A DNA stretch of 63,301 bases, counting the filler, from Chiloscyllium plagiosum (taxonomy: Eukaryota): assembly GCF_004010195.1 (NCBI RefSeq). It is 4 parts of one record of this genome, joined end to end, with 100 filler letters (N's around TTAATTAATTAA, not from the genome) between each part and the next. Parts side by side here need not be neighbours in the genome. Positions count along the whole stretch, not along the records: positions 1 to 30,298 come from NC_057711.1; 3 more parts are not named here. One strand, given 5' to 3'. The notes below the pieces were generated by a model that saw nothing but the letters and a program-made list of their open reading frames with translations, did no database searches and was not told where the DNA came from. Of the stretch, positions 1 to 11,215 are shown in pieces (the first letter of the stretch is position 1; each line of letters begins with the position of its first letter). Both the position numbers and the translations under genes were made by a program.

Positions 1-447
1 GGGGTCCCACCGTCCCCAGAAAGAACCCCAGTTATCCAAAAACTGGAACCCCTCCCTCCTGCACCATCCCTGGAGCCACGCATTTAATTGTTCTCTCTCC
101 CTATTCCTCGAATCTCTATCACGTGGCACGGGTAACAAACCAGAGGCAACAACTCTGTTTGTTCTAACTCCTAGCTTCCAACCTAGCTCCCTGAAAGCCT
201 GTCTAACATCCTCTGCACTCCTCCTACCTATGTCGTTGGTGGCAATGTGGACCACGACTTCGGGTTGCTCCCCCTCCCCCTCCAGGACCCGGGAAACACG
301 ATCAGAGACATCACGTACCCTTGCACCTGGGAGGCAACATACCAAACGTGAGTCTCTCTCGTTCCCACAAAACCGCCTATCTGTGCCACGAACTATCGAG
401 TCCCCAATTACTACTGCTCTGCTCTTCTTCACCCTTCCCTTCCCAAT
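1..447 (-). mobile_element. CR1 LINE ORF1 fragment, SGNH/GDSL esterase domain
   Basis: Reverse strand reads RAVVIGDSIVRGTDRRFCG...CCLPGARVRDV...VVHIATNDIG...NAWLQGWCRREGFQFLDNWGSFWGRWD (GDS and GxND-like blocks typical of CR1 ORF1 esterase); runs off the window start. Confidence 0.85.
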
Positions 448-1376
448 GGGGAACTTCAAAACAACATCTGCAGGAAAACAACACATATGGACTAAATAAT
501 GAACTACAGAAGCAATCATGCCAACCCCCACAAACAGAGCTGCATTAGAACATTATTTCAGTGAGCCACCACACACACTGTAGCACAGAGGAACTATGAA
601 GTGCAGAAGAAAATCATCTATACAATGTATTCAAAAAGAATGGGTATTCAATGAACACAGTCCACCAATTTCTCTGCAACAAACCCAAACAAGCAGACAA
701 AACATGACCAGAAACCCTAGCCACTCTCTCCTACATCAAAGATATCTCAGAAATGACTGCCAGACTACTCAGACTTCTTGGCATCATGGTAGCCCACAAA
801 CCCACCAACACACAAAAACAGCAGCTAATGAACTTAAAAGACCTGGTTCAGACAACAAGCAAAACTAGTGTTATTTACAAAGTACCTTGCAAGAACTGTA
901 ACAAAAATTACATTGGACAAACAGGCAGAAAGCTAGCCACCAGGATTCATGAACATCAACTAGCCACAAAAAGATATGACCCATTCTCACTAGTATCTTT
1001 ACATACAGATGAGGAAGGACAACACGTCCATCCTAGGACAAGCCAAACGGAGACATGCTGAGAATTCCTAAAAACATGGCACTCCAAATGGAACTCTATC
1101 AACAAACAATTGAGTTGGGTTCCATTTATCACCCCCCTGAGAAAAATAACTAGAAGTGACATCACTGCATGAAATGACATCACCGCATGAAATGACATCA
1201 CCGGCCCAAGGAAACCTAAACACATAAATAAAAAGCGGGCCATACCACCAGTGCTTCACCATTCGCTTACTGATGATGTTACCTAGTATGGTGATGAAAC
1301 ATCTGAAACCGAACCTTCTAGCTTAGCAAGCAAACTTACATCCAACACGTCAACCTGAGTTACAAATCTTCTCAAA
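448..1376 (+). mobile_element. Penelope-like element (Penelope/Poseidon type), degenerate 3' part with GIY-YIG endonuclease and terminal repeat
   Basis: ORF 753-1061 has VIYKVPCKNCNKNYIGQTGRKLATRIHEH (GIY-YIG); frameshifted upstream; 18-bp tandem repeats at ~1157-1202; hammerhead motif at 1270. Confidence 0.85.
1270..1303 (+). ncRNA. Minimal hammerhead ribozyme motif in PLE terminus
   Basis: CTGATGA T GTTACC TAGTAT GGTGAT GAAA C ATC: both core boxes and a 6-bp stem II; stem III tetramer is ACAT rather than palindromic ACGT. Confidence 0.7.
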
Positions 1377-1379
1377 GAA

Positions 1380-2040
1380 ATGTTTTCACTTGTTGGAGGG
1401 AATCAATGGTTTCTGGTCAGGAGTAGGTTTAGAGGAGATGTGAGGAAAAGCATTTCCACTCAGTGTGGGGGGAATCTGAAGCTAACTGCTTGTAACAGTC
1501 AGAAGCCTTCATAACACTGAAGAAGTATTTTGATACGTAGTTGCAATACAATCATATACAAGACTATGGGCCAAGTCCTAGAAACTGAGATTAGAATAGT
1601 TAGATGATTCATTGAATCCCTACAGTGCAAAAACAGGCCATCTGGCCCAACAAGTCCACACTGACCCTCCTAAGAAAAATCCATCCAGACCCATTCCCCC
1701 ACTCTATTGCTGTATATTTTCCCTGACTAATTTACCTAACCTTCACATCCCTGAACAGTATGGACAATTTAGCATGGCCAATTCACCAAACCTGCACATC
1801 TTTGGAGCGTGTGAGGAAACTGGAGCATCTGAAGGAAACCCATGCAGGTATGGGGAGAATATGCAAACTCCATACAGACAGTTGCCTGAGGCTGGAATCG
1901 AATCCGGATCCCTGGTGCTTTGAGACACCAGTACTAACCATTGAGCCGCTGTACCACCCTGGTTTTTTTTGACTGGTGTGGATGTGATTGGCTGAAGAGC
2001 CTTTTTCCAACCCCTGGATCTCTGACTCCATGATTCTATG
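1380..2040 (+). mobile_element. Degenerate CR1 3' end interrupted by an HE1 SINE
   Basis: Similar to the CR1 3' end at 4800-5075; resumes after the SINE with ggctgaagagcc...catgattctatg. Confidence 0.55.
1606..1959 (-). mobile_element. HE1-type tRNA-derived V-SINE
   Basis: Reverse strand has a tRNA-like head (A box ggctcaatgg, B box gattcgattcc), core gtatggagtttgcatattctcccc and a CR1-like tail. Confidence 0.85.
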
Positions 2041-2159
2041 CTAGTAGTAGTCATGAATACCAATAAGTGAAGTGTAGGTGTTGAGAGCAGAAAATAAGTC
2101 AGCTGTACTGTGAACAAACTGATGCGAAAAGGCAGCAAAGAGTCAGGTGGTGGTGGGGG

Positions 2160-2610
2160 GAATCAAAATACAGAATAATGTTCATGTTTTGAACTCAACA
2201 TTGAGTCATAAAGGCTGTAAACTCTCTCAGTAGAAAGCGAAGTGTTGTTCTTTCTTTGAGCTTTGCTGAAACACTATAGCAGGTTTTGGTCAGAAATGTT
2301 TGGACAAGAGCAAGACGATGTATGGCAAGTAACCAGTTGATCATTCTTGTGGAAGGAGTGGAGGTATTTGGTGAAGTGGTCATTTATTCTCATTTTGTCT
2401 CATCAATCTTGAAGACAGTGTATTATGAGCTTGCAGATGTTGAGTGGACTGCATTGTGAGACTTGTGTGCACCGTCCAACTTCCAGGTCACTTCTACATC
2501 TTTCAATCTAGAAAATGGTAATCACTGTTCACAATGTGTTAACTTTGTTTTTCTCTCCACACATATTACCAGACTTGCTAAGGTTCTCCACTTCTCTTTT
2601 CTTTTTGTGA
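2160..2610 (-). mobile_element. Highly degenerate Neptune-type PLE remnant
   Basis: 2190-2260 resembles the endonuclease C-terminus of the 35.9-36.1 kb copy; 2540-2610 resembles the PLE terminal tail (ttctctccac...accagacttgct) in inverted orientation. Confidence 0.45.
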
Positions 2611-3051
2611 CCAACATCTAGAAAATTATTCATGTAATCCAGAGATTACAAATGAAAACTAATATCTTCTACTGGATATTTTGCTGCTATAGGATCCTCT
2701 TCTATTCAAAGGAGGTTGAACATTTAATCTGTCATCTTGAGAACCAGACTCTAAACCAACAGATTGTTGTACTTAAATAGAATAGATAAATGAACAGTTT
2801 TCAGGATTAAACAGTGAATTATGTATTTCATTAGTCTCCTTGATGCATAAAGTAATAACGACAGTACTTTCGTCATCTCTACATATAAAGTTCAAACTTA
2901 AAGATCACAGTTTACATAATATAACTTGTTACCAATCAATCTGGGCTTGCATTCCTGCTGCCAAGTGCAAATTTAGAATAAAGAAACATTCTACTAGCTG
3001 GAAAACACAAATGAAATCAAACTCATTAAAACTTGTGTCCCATAATGGAAT

Positions 3052-3390
3052 GGGCAGCATGGTGGCTCAGTGGTTAGCACTGCTGCCTTGGAGTGCCAGG
3101 TTTGATTCCAGCTTTGGGAAATTGTCTGCATGGAGTTTGCACATTCTCCCCACTGTCTACATGGGTTTCCTTAGGTGCTTTCCCCCAACTGTCCAAAGGT
3201 GTGCAAGTTAGATGGATTGACCACGCTAAAATTGCCCGTAGTGTTCAGGGATGTGCAGGCTAGGTGGATTAGCTGTGGGAAATGTGGAGTTACAAGGATG
3301 GGGTAGATCTGGGTGGGATGTTCTGCTGACAGTTGGAATGGATGTGATGGGCCAAATGGTCTGCTTCCACACTGTAGCAAATCTATGATT
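3052..3390 (+). mobile_element. HE1-type V-SINE
   Basis: gggcagcatggtggctcagtggttagcactgctgcc head, tggagtttgcacattctcccc core, ggtctgcttccacactgta...ctatgatt tail. Confidence 0.85.
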
Positions 3391-3759
3391 TAAAAAAAAT
3401 GCAGTCACATTGAAACAAAATGTTCTTACCCTCACCAACCTTATCCATAAAGCCAAGCGTGTAATAGTGTGATGTTTGCAATATGACATCTGTGACCATA
3501 CAACATCATTTGGGATCTTTCAACATTCCATTTGGTTTTCATTACAAATTAATGTACATAAAGGCCAATTTAGACAGTCAGTGTGAACTTTGAACTCATT
3601 ATGTTTTTTTTGAAAAGTATCTGATATGAGGTTTTAACCCTCATATGTTTCCTAGCCATAAAGAATCCTATTGAAGAACTTATTTCAGACAAAATATGCA
3701 TAACATACAGTCATTTACTAGTAGAAAACTTCGGTATCACTGAAGAAAGAGATATGCTA

Positions 3760-3788
3760 TTGAAGCTTTTCATCTTTTGCTCAACAGA
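3760..3788 (-). ncRNA. Degenerate hammerhead-like motif in an unclassified old repeat
   Basis: Reverse: CTGTTGA GCAAAAGAT GAAA AGCT TC; palindrome AAGCTT in stem III, but core A6 is changed and stem II is poor. Confidence 0.3.
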
Positions 3789-4112
3789 GCAGAATCACAA
3801 GATTACCAGATCTCAATGGCTCAAATGACACTGATTGGTTGGCAAGTAGACGCAGATCGGTAGAAGCATTGTCATGAACAATATAACAGGAAACTGTTAA
3901 TTACCAAGTTACATTTTGTTTAAATTCAAACCAAGCAAGTTGATTGAATGCTCAAGGCGTTGCTGAGAGAATGACTGTCTCCCAAGCTTTTATTTAGTTT
4001 GAAAAAGTACAATGTATGGTCATACTTCTTTTGTTTGCAAAGCACAATGAATATATTTTCATTAAGAATTTGTTAAAGATCAGAAATAGACTCTGTAATG
4101 ATCCCTGTGAAT

Positions 4113-5075
4113 TAGAAATTAGTGGACAGCGAAGAGGGTTACCTCAGATTACAACAGGATCTGGACCAGATTGGCCAATGGGCTGAGAAGTGGCAGATGG
4201 AGTTTAGTTCATATAAATGCGAGGTGCTGCATTTTGGGAAAGCAAATCGTAGCAGGACTTATACAATTAATGGTAAGTCCTAGTGAGTGTTGCTGAGCAG
4301 AGAAACCTTGGAGTGTAGGTTCATACCTCCTTGAAAGTGGAGTCGCAGATAGTTAGGATAATGAAGAAGGTGTTTGGTATCCTTTCCTTTATTGATCAGA
4401 GTATTGAGTACAAGAGTTGGGCGGTCTTGTTGTGGCTGTACAGGACATTGGTTAGGTCGCTGTTGGATAACGGTGTGCAATTCTGGTCTCCTTCCTATCA
4501 GAAAGATGTTGGAGGATTTGAGCAATAGGGAGAGACTGAATAGGCTGGGGCTGTTTTCCCTGGGGCCTGAGAGGTGACCTTATAGAGGTTTACAAAATTA
4601 TGAGGGGCATGGATAGGGTAAATAGGCAAAGTCTTTTCCCTGGGGTCAGGGAATTCAGAACTAAAGGGCATAGGTTTAGGATGACAGGGGAAAGATATAA
4701 AAGAGATCTAAGGGACAGCTTTTTCATACAAAATTATGAGGGGCATGGATAGGGTAAATAGGCAAAGTCAGGGAATTCAGAACTAAAGGGCATAGGTTTA
4801 GGATGACAGGGGAAAGATATAAAAGAGATCTAAGGGACAGCTTTTCCACACAGAGGGTGGTACATGTATGGAATGAGCTGCCAGAGAAAGTGGTGGAGGC
4901 TGGTACAATTGCAAAATTTAAGAGGCATTTGGATGGGTATATGAATAGGAAGGGTTTGGAGGGATATGGGCCGGGTGCTGGCAGGTGGGACTAGATTGGG
5001 TTGGGATATCTGGTCGGCATGGACGGGTTGGACCGAAGGGTCTGTTTCCATGGTGTACATCTCTATGACTATGAC
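4113..5075 (+). mobile_element. CR1 LINE (HER1-like), 5'-truncated: RT C-terminus and 3' UTR
   Basis: LQQDLDQIGQWAEKWQMEF, LYRTLVRSLLDNGVQFWSP, FSTQRVVHVWNELPEKVVEAGTIAKFKRHLD; ends ctctatgactatgact; internal duplication 4591-4845. Confidence 0.9.
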
Positions 5076-5287
5076 TAAATGTGATCCAGCTAATCAAGAA
5101 AGGAGGGAAGAGAGAAAATATAGAAATATAGACTAATTGGCCTGACATAGTGATAGGGAAACGCGAGAACATATCCCAGGATTGTGGTAACAGGGCACTT
5201 TTGAAATTGTAATCTAATTGGATCTGTTAGGGTTCTTTGAGAGTGCAATAAGCAAGAAAAATAAGGGGAACGAGTGGATGCAGTATC

Positions 5288-5485
5288 CAGGTCGTTCTGC
5301 TATAATGTGGTAGTTGCATTCCTCTGCAACCCTGCGCTATAGAAAATTGCACTGCACAAGATCGCTACAGAAAATTATTATACCCATTCAGTAGAAAGTT
5401 CATGTTTTATAAACAGCATCCACAATTCATCAATTGCATTATGGCCAATTTGTGTTAACGAAACGTGTTATATTAGAAAAACATG
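5288..5485. mobile_element. Tc1/mariner (pogo/Tigger-like) MITE, degenerate
   Basis: Left end caggtcgttctgctataa; right end ttatattagaaaaacatg is an imperfect inverted copy; ~200 bp, no ORF. Confidence 0.5.
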
Positions 5486-5657
5486 TGGTTGGAGTTTCAA
5501 AAATATTCAGTTAGATTCTACACAAGATTTATTTGAAAAGTTAGGTCTCATGGGATTGGCCACCGTAACGAGAAAGGAATAAGGATTGACTAATGGACAG
5601 AAACCAGAGTAGGAATAAAAGAATAATCTTTTGGGCTGATTGGCTATGTCTAGTCGT

Positions 5658-5745
5658 GAGTGTGGTGCTGGAAAAGCACAGCCGATCAGGCAGCATCCAA
5701 GCAGCAGGAGAATTGACGTTTCGGGCATAAGCCCTTTGCCAGGGT
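5658..5745 (-). mobile_element. Solo PLE terminal repeat with dead hammerhead
   Basis: Reverse: CTGGCAA A GGGC TTAT GCCC GAAA CGTC followed by the family tail; CUGAUGA box destroyed. Confidence 0.75.
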
Positions 5746-6661
5746 ACCTGAACATCATGCAGAAGACTGTAAAATTATCAAATTTGGCAGGAAGATTTGA
5801 AATAAGTATTTTGTACATTGTGGGTGACTTGAAAATGTTGGCATTCAAAGAAGCCTGGGTGTAATTGTACACAAATTACAGAAAGTGAACATACATGCAC
5901 AGCAAGAAATTAGGGAAACGTAATATTTACTTTAATTGCAAATGATTTTAGAGCATGAGAGAAAGAAGTTCCACACCTTTGTGATCTCTCATCAAATGAA
6001 TTGTATAAATTATTGGCTGCTGACACTTGTAATAACATAGTGAAAGAGGGAGCACAATGTAGGATTGCTGGACATATTCTTTGAAGATGGGTACAATGCC
6101 ATGAGGAAAAATCGAATAGACTAGACTCATACTCTCATCTGCAAAATCATGCACTCTGGAATTTAGATGAATGAGACATGACCGCACTAAATGATATTCT
6201 CAAGGAGCTTGACTAGATAAACTCTAGAATGAGGTTGGCTCTGGTTTGGGATTCTAGAATATAGGGATTACAGTTTCAGTATCATGGCTCAGACTATTAG
6301 GACTGACATGAGGGACGTTTCTTCACACAAATGATTGTGAATCTTTAAAATTCCTTGACCAGTGAGCTGTAGACCATCAGTAATTCGGATTGTTCAAGTC
6401 AGAAGTAGATAGATTTCTGGATACCGAGGCTTAGGCTTTCAATTGTGAGATGGGTGTGTAAAGTTGGGAAATTTTCTGGTTCTCCACACCCTTGGGAGAA
6501 AGTGCCACAATTGTGATATGTTTGTTGCAGCAGAGAGTGTCTGGGCTGGAGCATGGCCCATCATCTCTGAAAACATGTCAGAGGTGGACACCAAGACTGC
6601 ACGGTGTCTAGGTGAACTTGTTAAAAGACCCATTTAGTTTTGTGACTTTGTCCTAGTTATT

Positions 6662-7695
6662 GGTAAAAACAATGACTGCAGATGCTGGAAACCAGATTCT
6701 GGATTAGAGTGGTGCTGGAAAAGTACAGCGGTTCAGGCAGCATCCGAGGAGCAGGAAAATCAACATTTCGGGTAAAAGCCCTTCATCAGGAATATAGGCA
6801 GAGAGCCTGAAGCATGGAGAGATAAGCGAGAGGAGGGTGGGGGTGGGGAGAAAGTAGCATAGAGTACAATAGGTGAGTGGGGGAGGGGATGAAGGTGATA
6901 GGTCAGGGNNNNNNNNNNNNNNNNNNNNNNNNNNNNNNNNNNNNNNNNNNNNNNNNNNNNNNNNNNNNNNNNNNNNNNNNNNNNNNNNNNNNNNNNNNNN
7001 NNNNNNNNNNNNNNNNNNNNNNNNNNNNNNNNNNNNNNNNNNNNNNNNNNNNNNNNNNNNNNNNNNNNNNNNNNNNNNNNNNNNNNNNNNNNNNNNNNNN
7101 NNNNNNNNNNNNNNNNNNNNNNNNNNNNNNNNNNNNNNNNNNNNNNNNNNNNNNNNNNNNNNNNNNNNNNNNNNNNNNNNNNNNNNNNNNNNNNNNNNNN
7201 NNNNNNNNNNNNNNNNNNNNNNNNNNNNNNNNNNNNNNNNNNNNNNNNNNNNNNNNNNNNNNNNNNNNNNNNNNNNNNNNNNNNNNNNNNNNNNNNNNNN
7301 NNNNNNNNNNNNNNNNNNNNNNNNNNNNNNNNNNNNNNNNNNNNNNNNNNNNNNNNNNNNNNNNGGTGGGTCGTAGGGGGGCATGGACCTGTCCAGGTAG
7401 TCACGGAGGGAACGGTCTTTGCGGAAGGCGGAGAGTGGTGGGGAGGGAAATATATCCCTGGTGGTGGGGTCTGTTTGGTGGTGGCGGAAATGTCGGCGGA
7501 TGATTTGGTTTATGCGAAGGTTGGTTGGGTGGAAGGTGAGCACCAGGGGCGTTCTGTCCTTGTTGCGGTTGGGGGGGTTGGGTCTGAGGGCGGAGGTGCG
7601 GGATGTGGACGAGATGCGTTGGAGGGCATCTTTAACCACGTGGGAAGGGAAATTGCAGTCTCTAAAGAAGGAGGCCATCTGGTGTGTTCTCTGGT
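6662..7695 (-). mobile_element. Neptune-type PLE broken by assembly gaps
   Basis: 7365-7695 translates QMASFFRDCNFPSHVVKDALQRIS...TPLVLTFHPTN...RKDRSLRDYL, near-identical to the 19.2-20.6 kb copy; 6662-6908 is the same 3' terminus. Confidence 0.9.
6762..6789 (-). ncRNA. Minimal hammerhead motif in PLE terminus
   Basis: Reverse: CTGATGA A GGGC TTTT ACCC GAAA TG TT; core boxes intact, stem II and the palindrome mutated. Confidence 0.6.
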
Positions 7696-10435
7696 NNNNN
7701 NNNNNNNNNNNNNNNNNNNNNNNNNNNNNNNNNNNNNNNNNNNNNNNNNNNNNNNNNNNNNNNNNNNNNNNNNNNNNNNNNNNNNNNNNNNNNNNNNNNN
7801 NNNNNNNNNNNNNNNNNNNNNNNNNNNNNNNNNNNNNNNNNNNNNNNNNNNNNNNNNNNNNNNNNNNNNNNNNNNNNNNNNNNNNNNNNNNNNNNNNNNN
7901 NNNNNNNNNNNNNNNNNNNNNNNNNNNNNNNNNNNNNNNNNNNNNNNNNNNNNNNNNNNNNNNNNNNNNNNNNNNNNNNNNNNNNNNNNNNNNNNNNNNN
8001 NNNNNNNNNNNNNNNNNNNNNNNNNNNNNNNNNNNNNNNNNNNNNNNNNNNNNNNNNNNNNNNNNNNNNNNNNNNNNNNNNNNNNNNNNNNNNNNNNNNN
8101 NNNNNNNNNNNNNNNNNNNNNNNNNNNNNNNNNNNNNNNNNNNNNNNNNNNNNNNNNNNNNNNNNNNNNNNNNNNNNNNNNNNNNNNNNNNNNNNATAAA
8201 ACATATTTTACATATTGATTTAATCTTCACTGCTCTACAAATCTGCATTGGTTCATCAGAAAGATCAAAATGATAATAAACAATATGCATGTTTTAAACT
8301 GGAATTTTTGGTTATATTTTGGGAAGGTTTATCAGACTAATTAAAATGGTGAAGGATGGACTGTTAAAGCTTTCTGTTTCCTGTCTGCTCTGGTACTTAT
8401 TTTTACTTTATCAATTAATTTATACAGCCATGAATTTGAACCATACGAGAATAGTTAATTGCAAATAAAAACATGGAAAATTGGCTTGTAAATGTACATA
8501 ATTCAAAGCAAGAGGTACATTTAATCCAATAATCTTTTTTTTCTGATAGATTGGTTATACACATCAAATATGCAACATATGGATTGAAATGGTGAATAAC
8601 TTCAATCAAAATACTCAAAATATATAATGATTTATCGAGACAAGATAACCCCCAAAACTATTTATGGACAGATTTAATTCTTCTTCAACTCTTGTATTCT
8701 TCTTTTAGATATGAACATACCAATTGGAATTAGTGAAGTAATAATGAAGGTGGTTTATGTGAAGTTAAGATAATACACTGATAAAGTTCACTGGAAGTTA
8801 AGTATATACGTCTAATCTCTGTCACAACTGCTTCAAACTGTTCAGCACTTCTTGGGGCTAATACATTATATCTATCTGAAGTGTGTCGCAATTGACAATA
8901 GTGTATGCTACACATAACAACACCCCCTTGCTTCTAACCAAAGATTTGCCCTTAGAGAATCAATCCATTTAGATGACAGCAAAAAATGTGTCTGAATATA
9001 ATTCAGCAAATTTAAATAAATTTACTTGAAACATATTTGCTTATCCTTCCAATTTGTAGCGATGGTGTTCTTTGGAGAATCCTCTGGGTTTTCAGTAGCT
9101 AGTTCTGAATGCTTTGTTTGTGTTGTGTCTTAGTGTTGTTCTTGTTCTAGTCATAGTAGAATTAGTTACAGATAAACCGTTAAAATATATACAGTTGGGT
9201 ATATGTCGACATAGTTGAAACTCTAACCACCTTATATACACACACAACACAAGTATCATGGATGATAGGAAAGATTGTGAAGGCAGTTCAAGTCCACAGG
9301 ATTTATTGAGGAGATCTTTTTGGTCTGTTGGGATCTACTAATCCTCAATCTTATTTTTCCAGGTATTTTTTACCTACCTACAGGCCATCTGATTCATACT
9401 TACAAGGTTTTTAACTTTTTGATTAAGGTTTCTGACTTATTGGTTAAAAGCCGCACTTTACTGCAACTGATTGGGGAAGATAAACTGCTTTTCTTCAGGC
9501 TTGAGATGTTTTCTTTTACTGTAGAGAAAAAAAGTAGTTTTTCCACATGAAGATCGAATGGCTTCTAACTGATCATTCATTCCCACAAGCTTTCACATTA
9601 CCTGCATGCCAGTCACGTAGCTGTTGGCAGGAAGAAGGCCTTTCTCTTTGGCAACTGGTCACGATTACCCAGATCAATCAGCTATTTGTTGCCAGCCAAA
9701 TCTCCATTCATATACACTCTTTGGCTTCAGCTCATCTGCAACTAAAGTTGCCCCAAATCTTGAACAATTGACTGTGTAAACAGCACCTACAATGAGTGTC
9801 AATAACTGGCTGTCTTTTAGACAAGTGCAGCAATCCTATTCACAATCCTTGGCTTTTAAAACAGTTTTTTTTTCTCATTTCAGTCGACAATCAAAATACA
9901 GAAAAAGTAAAATGATACAATCTTTACAAATTATACTTAACCTCTCGATTTCACTTAGCCATTAATGTGGTTTTGAACTTGTGTATGCTTCGTGGTAATG
10001 TGTCTATTTGATATGTCTCTCTGGAATGTTTCTATTCAGGCAGATGCTATTAGAAACTTGATTATTCAATTAGCTATCTCAGCTGCTATGAAGTCAGAAA
10101 AGTGCTCCTTGTCTCTGCATTTGCTTATGCATTGGTAAATGGTCTCTATCAGTTGTTGTTTGAAAGGAATGAATTACAGATAGGGCCATATGTCATTGAG
10201 CTACATGTTTCATTGATGTTTGAGTACTGACCATTTTTTTTTCTGGATTCATAAAATGATATGTTGAACAGATCTGATGTGTTCTGGCTGTGGAGGCATT
10301 CATTCACTCTGGGGAATTTTAATTTGAGAGCTTGTTAATCTGTTTCAGAGACATCAAGGTCTCGAAGATTAAGCTTGATACATTGTCAGAACAAAATTAT
10401 TCAGTTAAGGGAATTATTGCTTTCCAATTGGATAT

Positions 10436-10641
10436 GTGATTTGGAGATGCCGGTGTTGGACTGGGGTGTACAAAGTTAAAAATCACACAACACCAGGTTA
10501 TAGTCCAACAGGTTTAATTGGAAGTAACTAGCTTTCGGAGGGACGCTCCTTCATCAGGTGATTGAAGGAGCGTCGCTCCGAAAGCTAGTGTACTTCCAAT
10601 TAAACCTGTTGGACTATAACCTGGTATTGTGTGATTTTTAA
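10436..10641. mobile_element. Short inverted-repeat PLE-terminus insertion with TSD
   Basis: Arms 10475-10553 and 10563-10642 are near-perfect inverted repeats; flanked by caattggat (10425-10433, 10642-10650); same family at 56089-56250. Confidence 0.85.
10529..10557 (-). ncRNA. Minimal hammerhead ribozyme motif, intact core
   Basis: Reverse: CTGATGA A GGAG CGTCC CTCC GAAA GC TA; palindromic AGCT in stem III. Confidence 0.75.
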
Positions 10642-11074
10642 CAATTGGATGTAGGAAGCTTTTTTTTTGCAGCTGCTTCCAGTATTTCTAATGCTAACTG
10701 CAGCACAAGTAGTGACCGCTTCCTTTACTATTTTAAAAGTTATTGTTTGACTGCCATGGTTGCATTGTTGTAGCTTTCTGGTTTCTTAAGCTATTCACAA
10801 AATAGTATTTTTGGTGTAAAATGGAGTTGTCTGTTTCAAGTGGTAAATGAACAAAGTAAAAGCTTTATTTTGGTGTGATACTTTAGCTATTAAAAACTGT
10901 ATTACATAGAATTTTCTTCCCACGTATGTATTAATTGGCTTCAGTGATGAATTCCACTACTGCAAGTCAGAATGCATGAATTCTATTGCTTAAATTTTAT
11001 TCCTGCTTAAGTGTTTCAGCAGTTGACTTTAATATACAACCCCACTGCCCTGTGGCCANNNNNNNNNNNNNNNN

Positions 11075-11215
11075 TGCCCATATTTATCTCTCAGCCCCCC
11101 TTCCCCCTCCACATTCCTAATGAAGGGCTTAGGCCTGAAAGGTCGACTTTCCTGTTCCTCGGATGCTGCTTCACCTGCTGTGCTTTTCCAGCACTACACT
11201 TTTCTACTTTAATAT
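11075..11215 (+). mobile_element. PLE 3' terminus with mutated hammerhead
   Basis: CTAATGA A GGGC TTAG GCCT GAAA GGTC at 11117-11144 followed by the family tail ggatgctgc...tgtgcttttccagca. Confidence 0.75.

Larger units (their letters stand above)
5095..6480 (+). mobile_element. Old degenerate CR1 RT/3' fragment interrupted by a MITE and a PLE terminus
   Basis: Remnants of KKGG-R...NYRLI, WI.DWLMDRNQ and FFTQMIVNL motifs with many stops. Confidence 0.6.

Noticed and set aside
5010..5075. Shared 3' tail between HE1 SINEs and CR1 LINEs as a novel finding
   Set aside because: Visible here, but it is the established HE1/HER1 SINE-LINE partnership of sharks
6704..8290. Long ORFs of 167-528 aa in the track
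   Set aside because: They run through N gaps (6909-7364, 7696-8195); the real sequence is a PLE fragment
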